Source: Nemertoderma westbladi (taxonomy: Eukaryota; Animalia; Xenacoelomorpha). Taken from it: DNA of 64,000 nt. Where the stretch lies: NCBI GenBank assembly GCA_032718475.1, contig JAUCBJ010001154.1, positions 66,857 through 130,856 on the forward strand. The letters are read 5' to 3'. Shown here in pieces: positions 38,121-51,800 of the stretch; positions within the stretch are counted from its first letter, which is position 1, and each line of letters begins with the position of its first letter. The position numbers and the translations under genes were made by a program. The notes below the pieces were generated by a model that was not told the origin of the DNA, did not search any database, and saw only the letters and a program-made list of their open reading frames with translations.

Positions 38121-38378
38121 AGCGCAGCTTGGTCTAGTGGTGACATTCCTGGGCTTCCAATTAGGGAGCCCTGGTTCGATCCCTAGATGGGGCAGCACTA
38201 TTTGGGCACAGTGCTTTAAATGCTGCAGCCTAGCCCAACCCCGGCTTTCATCCTTCAGTGGTCGATAAATGGGAACCAAGGCAACTTGGGAAACAGAGTG
38301 GAGGGGTTTACTGTGGAAGATCACCCATGGTGGTGAAGAGGCATTCCTTGGCTTAACGAGCCTAAAATATTCTCCCAA
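38121..38378 (+). mobile_element. tRNA-derived SINE with Nin/Deu-like central domain
   Basis: A box TGGTCTAGTGG, B box GGTTCGATCCC, then GCTTTCATCCTTCAGTGGTCGATAAATGGGAACC. Headless copy at 40713-40930. Confidence 0.75.
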
Positions 38379-39339
38379 TATTATTTTTGAAATTTAATAG
38401 ATATTATATTCTTGATTACTCCAAACTTTACTGTAGAAGGTCCAACGCAATATCTGTCTGACTAATATTATAGTGCATAAATATTTGAGAGTCATCAACA
38501 CTTATAAATTGTATTTTTCGTTCAAACTATATTGTAACACTTTACACGCAATTGCTACAACGGCGTTCAAACTATTTACAATGGCATGGCGCATCCGCCC
38601 AGCTATAATGTTTATGAAATAGTAAAGTTTAACTTTAAAGACGACTTTATTTAATATAACATTTACAGAAAATGTGACAAATACAACCTAATAAATTAAA
38701 AAAATTTATCTGATAAATAACATGATGTTTTCGGTTTAAATTATAAAAAAAAATTTAAATGAATAATTATCCCATCTCTGCGAATTAATATCTCGTCTGG
38801 GCGAGATCGTCTTTGTAAAATATCAATCAAGGGGAAGGATCATGTTATAGGGGCACGTTATTCTAACCAAAACAATAAACTAAAGTCAATAGTACGGATT
38901 ACAGTTTTATTTTTAACAGAAAGATTTTTGACAGAAGAATTATTCCCTCCCCAGGGGAAAATAGACGCAAATAACAGCTGATTACTCCTAAAAAATAAGG
39001 CTGTGAGCTGGTCTATAGACTTTCGTTTATTGTTTTGGTTAAAATAACGTGCCGCTGTAACCTGCTCTTTTCCCTAAATTAGTAATTTAACATTGGGACG
39101 AAATATTATTACGCTGAGATGGGATTTGCGTCAAGCCCCCCCCCCCCCCCCCCCGTCTCGAATAAAGACTGCGATGTAACCAATGCAATAGCAATGGAGA
39201 TATTTTTTCAAATACTTGTGGAACATTTTTTTGAAAGCAAAAATGACATCCACTTAGGTCAAACTATCTCTAAAGTAAATCTTTCAATAAGAGTTTTAGC
39301 TTTTTTGCCCTGCCACTCTGAAATATTCCTAGACAAGGT

Positions 39340-39808
39340 GTACTGCATTGCATACAGCACTTCTCATACATGGCGAACCTCCCGAAGGAACTTACCCAAA
39401 AAAGTCGTCTCTACAGAACAGCTTCCCGCTTCGTACAAAGCATTTATCGTTTAGTACTGCATTGCATACAGCACTTCTCATACATGGAGAACCTCCCGAA
39501 GGAACTTACCCAAAAAAGTCGTCTCTACAGAACAGCTTCCCGCTTCGTACAAAGCATTTATCGTTTAGTACTGCATTGCATACAGCACTTCTCATACATG
39601 GAGAACCTCCCGAAGGAACTTACCCAAAAAAGTCGTCTCTACAGAACAGCTTCCCGCTTCGTACAAAGCATTTATCGTTTAGTACTGCATTGCATACAGC
39701 ACTTCTCATACATGGAGAACCTCCCGAAGGAACTTACCCAAAAAAGTCGTCTCTACAGAACAGCTTCCCGCTTCGTACAAAACATTTATCGTTTAGTAGT
39801 GCATTGCA
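39340..39808. repeat. 114-bp tandem repeat x4 spanning the Lhx3 LIM1 exon 3' end and its splice donor
   Basis: Unit = 61 nt exon-derived + 53 nt intron. Donor GTAAG at 39737, 39623, 39509 and 39395 (- strand). Confidence 0.93.
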
Positions 39809-39915
39809 GTCGCAGCAGCGCAGACATTCGCTGTGCCAACATTTATCTAACACTTTGAGAATAAATCTATCCGCAATGGGCTGTACGCAACTGCAGCAGT
39901 TGGGTAGCTGACCTC
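39738..39915 (-). CDS. LHX3: Lhx3/4 LIM1 exon
   Basis: GQLPNCCSCVQPIADRFILKVLDKCWHSECLRCCDCNALLNDKCFVRSGKLFCRDDFF; acceptor ttattcacAG; phase 2 donor fits the LIM2 exon. Confidence 0.95.
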
Positions 39916-40294
39916 CTGTGAATAAAATTAATATTATTAATTAATATCGGCTATATTGTTCGTATCGCTTTAATTAAAAATTAGCGATAATACGCAAGGC
40001 AAAGTCCAGCTATTCATTTATTTTATTTATTAATTTATTTTATTTGGTTTGAATAAGGCCTGTGGCCGAAATATAACCTTACACCACATTTTTTACGTCA
40101 CTGCACCTCTGCACGGGCAGATCCACCCTTTGTATTACAATGCTTGCAACAGTGACAGGGGCACACACATACTTAGTTATATTATATTATTTTTTATTTT
40201 CAAGTTGACGTCAAACATTCCGTGAAAATTAAATGGGATTTAGTTATATTCAGTGACGGATGTAGAGCGAAGCGAGTGGAAATTATAGATTAGA

Positions 40295-40685
40295 GGTTAT
40301 TATATTAGCTATAGTTATTATATTAGCTATAGTTATTATATTAGCTATAGTTATTATATTAGCTATAGTTATTATATTAGCTATAGTTATTATATTAGCT
40401 ATAGTTATTATATTAGCTATAGTTATTATATTAGCTATAGTTATTATATTAGCTATAGTTATTATATTAGCTATAGTTATTATATTAGCTATAGTTATTA
40501 TATTAGCTATAGTTATCATATTAGCTATAGTTATTATATTAGCTATAGTTATTATATTAGCTATAGTTATTATATTAGCTATAGTTATTATATTAGCTAT
40601 AGTTATTATATTAGCTATAGTTATTATATTAGCTATAGTTATTATATTAGCTATAGTTATTATATTAGCTATAGTTATTATATTA
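40295..40685. repeat. 18-bp AT-rich minisatellite, ~21 copies
   Basis: GTTATTATATTAGCTATA. Confidence 0.95.
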
Positions 40686-40712
40686 TAATTTTTTATATTA
40701 TAATTTTTTTTT

Positions 40713-40930
40713 GCAGCCTAGCCCAACCCCGGCTTTCATCCTTCAGTGGTCGATAAATGGGAACCAAGGCAACTTGGGAAACAGAGTGGAAGGGTTTACT
40801 GTGGAAGATCACCCATGGTGGTGAACAGGCATTCCTTTAGGAAACAGAGTGGAATGGTTTACTGTGGTAGATCACCCATGGTGGTGAACAGGCATTCCTT
40901 GGTTTAACGAGCCTAAAAGATTCTCCCATT
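40713..40930 (+). mobile_element. 5'-truncated copy of the Nin/Deu-like SINE with internal duplication
   Basis: Matches 38224-38378; GGAAACAGAGTGGA...GGCATTCCTT is duplicated. Confidence 0.75.
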
Positions 40931-43900
40931 CATTATAATTTTTTCGGTTGTGTTTTAAGCTTGATTTCTTATTAAATTTATCTGTCCAACTCCACCGAGC
41001 ATGAAATACAATGCAATTTTTTTTTCGTTCAAACACCACCACTGCAACCTGCCCTTTTCCCTTAACTTTTAAATTACACTGAACACACGATCCTGGTATT
41101 TGTGACAATTTTGCACAGATATCTCCGTTACACAGATCGTGAAGAACATTTAGGCTCCCATGTGACTAAATACCAGGTTTTCAGTATGAATAATTTATAT
41201 TTAAAATTTCACCTTAGCGCTTATTTCTATCTTATAACTTTTACAGATACTTATTCGTTTATTGTTTTGGTTCGATCCAGCCCTTCTGTAACTTGTGTTT
41301 ATAGTGAAAAACTGGTATTCTTCAAATGGGGGTAAACTGCAAAGTGAAATGTAACAGCAGAAAGTTTGGTATACCTCAAATTAGGTTGCATGATGACAGG
41401 CATAACGGCAATAAAATGTTCAAGTTAAGTTATCGGTGAACGTGAAACAACTTCACCCCGCACCCACCACCCAATCACAAGCCTGGTTTCCATATCACGG
41501 GGCACTGGGCAGCTGGCGAGCGAACCCCAGTTTCGAAATTTCATCAGGTTCTTACTGGTACCTGGTACCTCCCAGCTATCGCAATTATGCTTCGTATCCT
41601 TTACAGTATATTGAACTTCAAATTATAATCGCAATATTTTGGCACCGGGACCAGCATCAGTTGGGGTATTACAGTATATTAAATTGTCCTAATCTTTGCT
41701 AATGATATTCTTACTATTCAGTTAGGCGTAGGTCCGACTGAAGTGACCAAATCAATCATTATAGGTATTTAGTATCAGTTTGGTGTACCGGTAGAGGACT
41801 TAACCAGAATTCAGTATAGGTAGGTACTTTTTGACGTACTACTTAAAATTAGGTGTGCACCAAATAACGGTTTAGTATCGGTATTATGAACTTACCCAAA
41901 TCATTAGGCAGGTACTTAGTATCTGTTTGTCCTATGTGGTTGTTTAATGCCCCCTCTCGTATCGGCATCATACCGACTTCCAGGCAGTGATGCATAAGCT
42001 TATTATTTATAAATTAAAGATTGGTTTGAGAATGATTAATAAATCCAATACTTTTCACCAACATAAATAAGGCTGTTAGGAATACGAATTCTTCGCGATC
42101 CGTATATTACACGTTGCTGATTCCAGTTAATTTGATATAGTGTGATAATTGATAATAATTTAGGAAATTAATTTTTTAACAATAACTGAATTATTTTGAG
42201 TGGTTGGTATTACAGTAACGACTACTACGGAAATTATTTATTATCACTATAAGATAAAATGTTGTATCAAGGACTTTTTTTTATGTTTACTATATGAAGT
42301 TGTGCGTAATAAGAGTGAGTGTGGACTCTCTGCCTAAGCTCCACCTTTATATTCTCTCTCACGAAACCTTTGAAAGTATCCTCATACTTTCCACCAACTA
42401 CAGCCTGCTATTGGCTGAGTGCGGGCCCTTTACCGTATAAGTGCCAATGAGAATGCATGCCATTTGCCTAGCTTGCTGTAGCACAGGTAAAACCGGTATG
42501 CTTCGGGGAAGCTTATAGAATCTCGTTCACAGCCGCAGCCCAACTAACAATGTGCGTGCGACTGTATGGTACTAAACTCTACTGTGCAATATTACTGTAG
42601 ATAAGGTAAATACAGTAGGTATATCGCTTTATGGATATGCGTCCGTTGGCTGGTCTTTGTTTTTTCCTCTGAGTTCAACCCACTTCTTGTATGATGTAGG
42701 TTTTCTTTGCTGGCGGCCGCGCCACCCAACCCCATCCGATTGCCTTTGGCAAGCTCTTCTATGGGATCCTCACTGCAGCAGTTCTAAGACTTCCCAATAT
42801 CTACCAACTTCCTATACCATAAGTAAGAGAGGAGAAGTCAGCCCAACAACATACTTAGCGGCCATCAATTATTGCCGTTGCTATAAATAAACCTTATTTA
42901 GCCAAAATTACCTACACAATGGGGTACATTTGCTTTCCTAATCTCATAAACAATTAAGTGTTTAAAGATGGAACGTCATTGACTATAATGACTTTGAAAT
43001 ATGAAAAAATATATTTTCACCCCATAAAAGGGAAAAGCTCGAAAATCACCATGGTAAACACAATACATTATTTTTCATTGTTCTTCCTAAACAATTTATT
43101 CTTTAATGGAACGTTTTTTTATCCGCGGATCCCAAATTGCTTTGTTAATTAATTATTAATTATTAATCATTGGAAAAATTTTGATGTCGATCGTTATATC
43201 GGTCTGTGGTGAAGAGATCCTCATGCAGTTCCTCGGACACGGTCACCGTCCATGGTTCCGAAGGTGAAGACTTTGAAAAAAAAACATTTTTAATGAATAC
43301 CTGTTTTTGATGAAAACTTTTAATTGAAAAACGAAATAGAAATGAGAAGGCCCATCCACTAGGTAGTTGGGAATCAAAACTTCCCCTTATAAATTATAAT
43401 AAGCGTAAATAATAAATTGGGCTATCGCGCTATTTATTGCAAGAATAATATTGCAAGAGAAGCTAGCAGTAGTGTGTTATCTTGCGGCTTTTCTTAAAAC
43501 AATAAATTAATCACATGAGATACCATAACCCTACATACAGCACAATTAATTAGCACCGGTATAACCGTCACCGTTCTTTGGACTAACAACTTAACACAAT
43601 CAAAATACAACCTTCTACGGAGAAAAATCAACGCAAATAACAGTTGATTGCGAGCAAAATTTAAACTGTATGTATGCTATTAACTTAGTTAATTGGTTTG
43701 GTTAGAGTAACATGTTATTGTAATATATCATTTCCATGACAGTAATTAATTTATTATTGAAATTTTTAATTCATCTGGACAAATATTAATTTACAAAGAT
43801 GGAAAAAGAAAGTCATCAAAGATTGAAGTATTGTTTATCCCTGTCCATTGCCTAGCAATACGTGTATCTTAATTATCTAATTAATCTTCTTTGTGCTAGA

Positions 43901-45672
43901 GTGTCTGTAGTTAGGTCTGTACTGTGCAATAATTGTAAGGTTATTGTTTCATGTACGATAATAATAATAATAATAATTATTATTATTATTATGGTAAATA
44001 TTTCCGTTTGCGAGTTCGAACCAAATGGTATGTAGTCCCCCCCCCCCCCCCCTCCCCTGCAACAGTATTCATTGATTATGAATCGCAAAATATGAAACTC
44101 AAGTAAGCGCTAAGTTCTTGAATTTTCTATTTCTTTTTGTTTTTTGTTATGAACGTAATACATTAGGCTGACGACACGTTTTGTTTTTATTTTAGCAAAA
44201 GAAGAGCGAGACTACGACGGCAAATAAACTGTGGGAATCCATGACCTGGGGCGCTCTCTCGGCCGATCCTTAATGTGTTTTCTTTGATTTAATATCGTTC
44301 CACAAATCGGCAAGAGGTGCATTACTAAAGTGAGAACTTTTCCACATTCAAAGCAATTATTTTCTTTGGGGGCCTCTCAAGGAGGGGCACATGTACCGCT
44401 CCAATGAACAGCTAATGGACATCCTGATCAGCTTGTAAACACGGCCAGTCGCGTCTCTGATGTTTCAATAACAAGGTGGGTTCACCCAACACCACAGTCA
44501 GTCAGTATCTACCGTAAATGTCGCTTTCTATGTGGGGCGTTACCGATTAGCATTTGGCACTGCAGCTTAATTTTTGTCTGGATCGGTAACTAAATGTCTA
44601 ATTGAATTGAAGAGCAAAACTTTCAAATCACAAAATTTTCCAATATGAATGAATAGAATAGAATGTATCGAAAGAATCTTCTACCTACATCTGTTGCACT
44701 TCGTACCTACCAAACTGAAAGCTTCGAACGTGTCATGTGCGATTTGTATTTTGAATATCAGCGCTAGACCTGACGTATTTCACTCCTTGAAGCTCATCAT
44801 AAGTTTATGATATTTATTAAATATATTTAATATTTATTTAATATTATCTTCTCAACTAATCATTGCTGTGTGTTAGGGTGTTGTTACTGCGGTTTGGACT
44901 TTGCTTCTAATATCTGTCATATCGTATTATATTTGTTCATTATGATTTAGGATTATGTTTGCTTTTTATGTTTTTAATTCCATTTAATTTCATTGGGTTG
45001 ATGATGTCACCAGTTTCTCCTTAGATGATACGTTTATAGTAATAGTTGCCAACCATATATCTGCTTGGTGATTTCTTTATTGGAAATTTTTGTTAAAGTC
45101 TGGAAGATAATTTATATATATCGGTGCAATTAATGATGAATATAATTTGGTTCGTCGGTCGTAGAATCTTTTAGATTTCAATTACATGCATAGCAACTAG
45201 ACAGAGTTCATCTAATAATGTATATGTGCTGAAATCTACTACAGTACAGTAATATTATAGTGTTCGTAAACGTAAGTTTAGCAAATTGTAAATCGCATCC
45301 AATATGTATCTAATATATAGAATGAAAGATCGTTTCATTTGGAGAGCGCATAGAAAGCTGGAGGTTGTGCATCAGAGCATGTGAGTTCTTCATGTAGCCT
45401 CGTGTGGGAAGTAGTTTTATTATTTGAAACTGTGATTAGTTGAGTTTTCGTTTGACACTGGCCAAGTAGCTATGGAGAGCTTAACATTATTCTTCAGATG
45501 GACGAGTGTATATAAGGGAACAGGGCGTTGGATTGACTTTCCGCTTTGAGTACCCCTAGCTTGCCAGGGATTATAGCGCAGCAAGAAGTCCTCATCCTGG
45601 CCTCCAGCCATTCCATTAATTAATTGGGGGTCAATTCACATTGAGTTGTGGTAAAGCTCCAGGCCCATTTAC

Positions 45673-45727
45673 CTCCAGCGTGCAATGCCCACTTGTACTT
45701 TAAGGGCAGGGAGGCGCATCCATCCAT
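45673..45727 (-). CDS. LHX3: Candidate first coding exon of Lhx3/4 (MDGCASLPLKYKWALHAG); joined CDS would be 433 aa
   Basis: ATG at 45727, donor G|GTAAAT in phase 1 matches the LIM1 exon, GC-richer upstream region. No homology support. Confidence 0.45.
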
Positions 45728-46328
45728 CCTCGCAGAGAAGTAATTAACGAAACTTTGTCACTAGTAGAACTCGCCACAACTCACACGCGACTCACTGGTA
45801 TATCCCACGCGGTCCCTACCAGTAGTCCTGGCCTCAGGATCTCTGAATCGACCCCATGTTGCGATAAATCGTCTTTCTCAATCGCTTTGTGTTTGTTTGT
45901 CGGTTGGTCGTCTTCAGTCCCGGTATATAATATGTTTACGGACCACTTATCTTACACTCGCCGGACTGATAGAGGCGCCCCTCTCAAGAAACATTATTAA
46001 TGATATTTTGTAGCGTTCATCCTGTGAAGTTAATTAAATGCGATTTTGAAGGCGGTTAAGCTACAGGTATTAATCTTCATTTGAAAAGACTTGAAAAGAC
46101 ACTTTTTTATAGTCATGTGTCATTGCTTCATGCTTAGTCCAATGCATCATGTTATCAATAAATCAACCCCAATCCATTATCAGTCACCCCACCCCATTTT
46201 CATTGTATTGACTAGACTAGAGTGACCTGTTTCCTATATTCGGTAGCTGTTTTTAGCAGAATTACAATTTCCCAGCTAGCTGCTGGAGTGGTCTACCTTT
46301 ACTTATAGCTCGGTGGTCCCGGTTTCGA

Positions 46329-48100
46329 TATATGGGTCAATGCCAACCATATTGACCAATGTCCCGTACGTGATTTTTGAAAGCATTTGTCATAGTGATG
46401 GTTAGAAAGAGCGATAATTTCTGCATATGAAACCAGAAAGTGCCCCAAAAATTTCTTGGCCGTTATTGAGAGAAACGTTCCGGAATGCAAAAATTGAGAA
46501 AAACTTTTTGTCACATATGGGAGATTTATAAATATTTTTTTCGTACTTTATGTCCATATTCTTGAAAATTTTAAGTAACAGTCGTTTAATGGTGGTATTG
46601 AGGTGTCCGGCAAGAGATATCAGATCGAAGTGGAAAGTTTCCTGGTGAGAAAAAATTTAAAAATTCTGTCGCTAAAAATAATTTTTTTATAGAATGACAA
46701 CACAAAGTTTCACTTTCTGGGAAACTCTGCCGTGAAAAGTGGAACTAATTGTTTTTTTCCTGTTAATAACAATGTGATACACAAAACTGTTGCATATGGT
46801 CAACTGAAAACCGTTATTTTATATCAAAAAATTAATTTGAAAATGTAAATAGACAGTTTTTTTGATGTCATGTATGGAACATATTGATATGGTATAGGAA
46901 GGAATTTACATGGAAACGATTATTATAAATTTTGAATCCAGTTTATGGTCCTTCCCACTGCCAACTCCTGTTCCATTCCCAATTTCCACCCCACTCTCAA
47001 CTACTGTCCCAATCTCAAAACCCTTTCCACAAACAGTTAATTTGGTAATAAATTAATTTGGTCTGTTGTCAATTAGGGGGAAGGAGTAGGTTTACAGTTT
47101 ATCTGTGACTGGTAAGCCCCCAGCCATTAATTAAATGTAAGTAATTAGTTGTTTAGACCATGATTAACTTTTCCCCCAACACAATGTCAAGTATGGGACA
47201 TCCTGTCACGTTATGGGACATGGTAGTTTTTTCAACCTGGCCAAATAAATGTTTACGTAGTGTCTTTCTGATACAACCCATACATGGAAAAACTATCTGA
47301 GAAATGATGTGAAGTGATGATCTAAATCTTGTGTTCTTGTGTCGTGGTCGTGTGTTCTAAATCTTGTGTTGAGTTCTCGTTTTCTGATAAAAAATCTCCG
47401 TTAAGTATGGGACACTTTTTTGGACCATTTTGGAGATGCTCACGGAAGATATTCATATAAACTGCTAAGTCACCAAAAATTGCCAATCTAACTGATTCAA
47501 ATGGAAGAATATGAGTGGAAGTGTTAACACATCGGGTTATTGGCTCACATTTGACAATTTATATGCCATTGAATTAATAATTACCGAGTGCCACATTTGT
47601 GACAACGTGTGTCGTATTTCCCGTATGTCACGTACGGACCAAGTGAATGTTTTTGTATTTCTGATATCTCAAATTCACTTCGAAGATAAGATACGTTTAT
47701 TTGTTCACAGGAATTATACTCAGCAGGGATATTAATCGTTTGGCACCCGAATTGTAATATTAATGGCCAAAATGAGCCCATCATAAAATTTGAAAAATGT
47801 CCCGTACGTGACGATTTTTTTTAAATTCGTTGTAGCCCTTTCTATAACAAACTGTGGTTGGAGTGTATCACAGCAGGAGGTGACCGATTATTGTGTATTC
47901 GTTGGAGTGAATCACAACAGGAGGGGACCGATTATTGTGTATTCGTTGGAGTGTATCACAGCAGGAGGTGACCGATTATAGTGTATTCGGCAATCAAATT
48001 ATCAAAGCCACCCGACCATTCATTCTCAAATGATTTACATTTTTGTATATTTTTTGTCCCGTACGTGACTTGGTCAATATGGTTGGCATTGACCCATATA
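46329..48100. mobile_element. ~1.77-kb non-autonomous DNA transposon with perfect 31-bp terminal inverted repeats
   Basis: TATATGGGTCAATGCCAACCATATTGACCAA (46329-46359) is exactly inverted at 48070-48100. Internal TGTCCCGTACGTGA motifs. Confidence 0.85.
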
Positions 48101-48240
48101 AAGTGTTCACTGTTCAACTTTGCGAGTTAGTTTGACGCTCCTCTCTCTACCTTACAGGAAACAGCCAAGAGAGAGGAGCCAACGGATTGCCACCGATGTT
48201 GATGATGATGTTGATGTATAAAACAGAGATCGGAATTAAA

Positions 48241-48850
48241 TAAAAAAGTAAACTTATAATTCAGATACTGTTACATAGTATTAAGTAAAAAAAGTAAACT
48301 TATAATTCAGATACTGTTACATAGTCTTAAGTAAAAAAAGTAAACTTATAATTCAGATACTGTTACATAGTATTAAGTAAAAAAAGTAAACTTATAATTC
48401 AGATACTGTTACATAGTCTTAAGTAAAAAAAGTAAACTTGTAATTCAGATACTGTTACATAGTCTTAAGTAAAAAAAGTAAACTTATAATTCAGATACTG
48501 TTACATAGTCTTAAGTAAAAAAAGTAAACTTATAATTCAGATACTGTTACATAGTATTAAGTAAAAAAAGTAAACTTATAATTCAGATACTGTTACATAG
48601 TCTTAAGTAAAAAAAGTAAACTTGTAATTCAGATACTGTTACATAGTCTTAAGTAAAAAAAGTAAACTTATAATTCAGATACTGTTACATAGTATTAAGT
48701 AAAAAAAGTAAACTTATAATTCAGATACTGTTACATAGTATTAAGTAAAACAAGTAAACTTATAATTCAGATACTGTTACATAGTCTTAAGTAAAAAAAG
48801 TAAACTTATAATTCAGATACTGTTACATAGTATTAATTAAAAAAAAGTAA
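48241..48850. repeat. 46-bp AT-rich minisatellite, ~13 copies
   Basis: AACTTATAATTCAGATACTGTTACATAGTMTTAAGTAAAAAAAGTA. Confidence 0.95.
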
Positions 48851-51800
48851 CAATATTCATTCTATAGAACTGTGGGCTACCTGACTAAACATTAAATATC
48901 CTATCATTATTTACTTGCCTTTAATCCGTTCAAGCTGAAACTGGGCAGATATGTAATAGTAGACCATCAATGGTGTCTATCAATGGGTGCTAAGCCGCCT
49001 GCAGTTCTCCAGTCTGCCGCTACAGGGCGAAATGCTGATAGTGAAATCGTTCTCTCATTTCTTGATTTATGATCCGTTCAAGCTCAAACTTGTGGGATGT
49101 GTTCTAGAACTCAGTTTGCGTCTTTGTGGGGACGGTAATTGGTCTTCAATTTCTCCAGTCTGCCGCTAGTGGGCGAAATGTCTGAAGGTTTTCGTATATC
49201 TAAGTGAGATTAGTACCATTTCTTATAATGGCTCTCGTGCTGTGCGAAGGCCCCACGTACAACGTGTATATTAATACAAAAGGCTATTATTATCTGTTCA
49301 AATCCATTGAGATAGGTTTGGGTCTAACGAATGAAGAGCAACATTGTACCGCTCATAATTGAATTAAGCAGAGTTGCAGATTATCTTGCATTGTGTTTGT
49401 TTTTCACATTTTCTTTGTTGGTGTCTCTGTTGTCGGAGATGGATCTGAGTAAATGTCGCCATATGTTGTCGGAATTCGCCATCCAGTTTACTGTAACATT
49501 CTCTGTATGATGAGCCGCATTCTTTGTACATGTAGAGCGGGATCGAGGTTGTTTACAGCTGTCGGATGATAGCCAAACTGAATTTATTGATGACTACCAT
49601 CAGTTTCGTGAGATAAGTTTTTGTGTATCTAATGTAAAAGCGACATGCCGAGCAAAAGGGTGATACCTGTAAAAGAGCGTCTCGCTTTAAAATGTTGTAC
49701 ATTTATATTAGTTATGTAATTTGGATTAATTTGGTTCTATTGTCTTAAGTTTTCACCACCAATTAACATGTACAATATAATAGCTATAATATAGACTATA
49801 CGGAGTCCCTATGATGTATTTTGTATAACAAATGATGTTAGTGCGAGAAGTGAAAATGGACAGTATAGTTATTAACGCGTCATTTGCGACTTGTTATTGA
49901 GTTAGGGACGTTTTTGATAAGTCGTTTGGGTTCATTCAATGTATAGGCTAGTGTATTTATGATAAATAATTAATTGAGCGTACTAATTACTTCATAAATG
50001 ATATCCATCTAGTTTTATTATTCATTTGCACATTTTTGGCGTCGAATTGTCGTGAAATTTATTACTTTCAATGAGATACGCCAATGCCAACATGTATCCC
50101 TGAGTGCACGTATATAAAGTAACGATATTCGGTTGATTTACTAAACTATGTTAAAAATCTTCTAAATTATTTAAAATCATGTCCGTTAGAGTATGTGTTT
50201 GTGTACGAGTATCCGTTAGAGGCTCAAGTATTCATAATTTACTCGAGGATATTCTTTGTGTATCAGGTGGAAACCATGACAACCCGAATGTACTGAAACT
50301 AACTCATCTTGAAGCTGCGTTCGAGGGAGTTTTCGGTTCATGATAGTGGATTGTGCCGGATAAAATGTATCTATTGGATTATTATTGTTAGTATATTTTA
50401 GAGTTATTTTCAGTATTTTGTAGATTATTGTGCGATGTTACAAGTATAATAGCTTCTCGAGTTTTTCTTGAACATTTCCTCAAAGAATTATGAATTGTAA
50501 AATGTTTTAAATTTAAAAACAATTCAAATTCTTTCCTAATATTTTTTACACTGTTGTGATTATATTTTGTGCCCCACAATGTGGTGTTTATGTGTTCGAA
50601 TGTTACCTAGTAACATAAACGACGACCATCAGACGGGTGGAATCAAAACCTTAAATAAATAAAATAATAATAATTACATAATTACATAACTACACAATAA
50701 ATTATTTACTACCTAATAACTTTCAGAAGTTCACCTCTACTTATGTTTACAATCCATACGCTAGTGAGATTAATTTCTGACTTAAAGGAATGTTGATGAT
50801 TGTCTTTTTTATTTCATACACAAGCAGGAAGTATCTTAAGGAACACTTACACTCTCAAATCTCAACACCCTTGCGAATAGAATCTAAATCTCACTTCCGC
50901 ATCCACCGGGTACTCCATCACTCCCCATCACCAAACTACCCAGATTCACTCTAATATCTTGCCAGAAGCTTCTCTTTGGGTAGTGGTACATCTTGAAACT
51001 GGAAATCAACATCTTATCTATAATTTGATCTGGTGATGACTCTGTGTGCGATCAACTTGGCAACATCTGCAACTTTATGATGGTGACAATAAATGTAATC
51101 CAGTTGAATTAATACACTATGCATCGCATCAATGGCAAGGTCACCTAATGTTTGGGGATTTCGAGAAAAATAACAATTATTTATTGAACTGGAATGGAAT
51201 TAACACCCCCAATATACCCTGTTTGACATCCAAGATTGCGCAACTGGTCAAGCGTGCCATGTTTATGTATATGGATCAGTGAGTAGGGTACAGTATACAC
51301 ACACTTCACCTGAAGAAAACCTGGCCCATAAAATATACCTAGAAGGCCCCGAAGGCTAACAGATTGCCTCTACGGGAAGCTATGAAGGTAGATCTACCTG
51401 CATTAAAAGGACTGACAGTTTGTAGTCAGGAATGGAATGAGCCCTGCATTGCACTCAATGTAGCTTATACAACTGCCATTGTAAAAAATCGACAGTGCCC
51501 TTACCAATCTGCCACTCTGATCCTCTGTTATGCTTGCATTTCTTGCACCAGAAGGCAGATATGACGGCTACGCCACACAGCAAACTTTCATTAATTAATC
51601 ATAATGACGACAATAGAGTGTGCAGAGCATAGTATGAGTTAGAAAGCCAAACTAATTTTCATGCCAGGAAAAATGAAATAGCTCCCCAGTGATGTCTCTA
51701 GCATATTGGACATATTTTATGAAATCCCCAATGTGTTGTGTCCAATAGGTTTACTATGGTTAGTTCAGTGCTCTGTTGCTGACCTCAATAATTTCGAAAT

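Noticed and set aside
39348-39911. Plus-strand repetitive ORFs (187 and 162 aa)
   Set aside because: Antisense by-products of the 114-bp repeat over the Lhx3 LIM1 exon.
40283-40519. ORF (IITIAN)n; likewise the poly-Arg ORF at 7017 and Pro-rich ORFs at 21245-21671
   Set aside because: Translations of micro/minisatellites.
50388-50640. Possible Penelope GIY-YIG C-terminal remnant (RKTREAIIL)
   Set aside because: Only a few residues resemble the motif; no GIY/YIG or RT motifs seen nearby.
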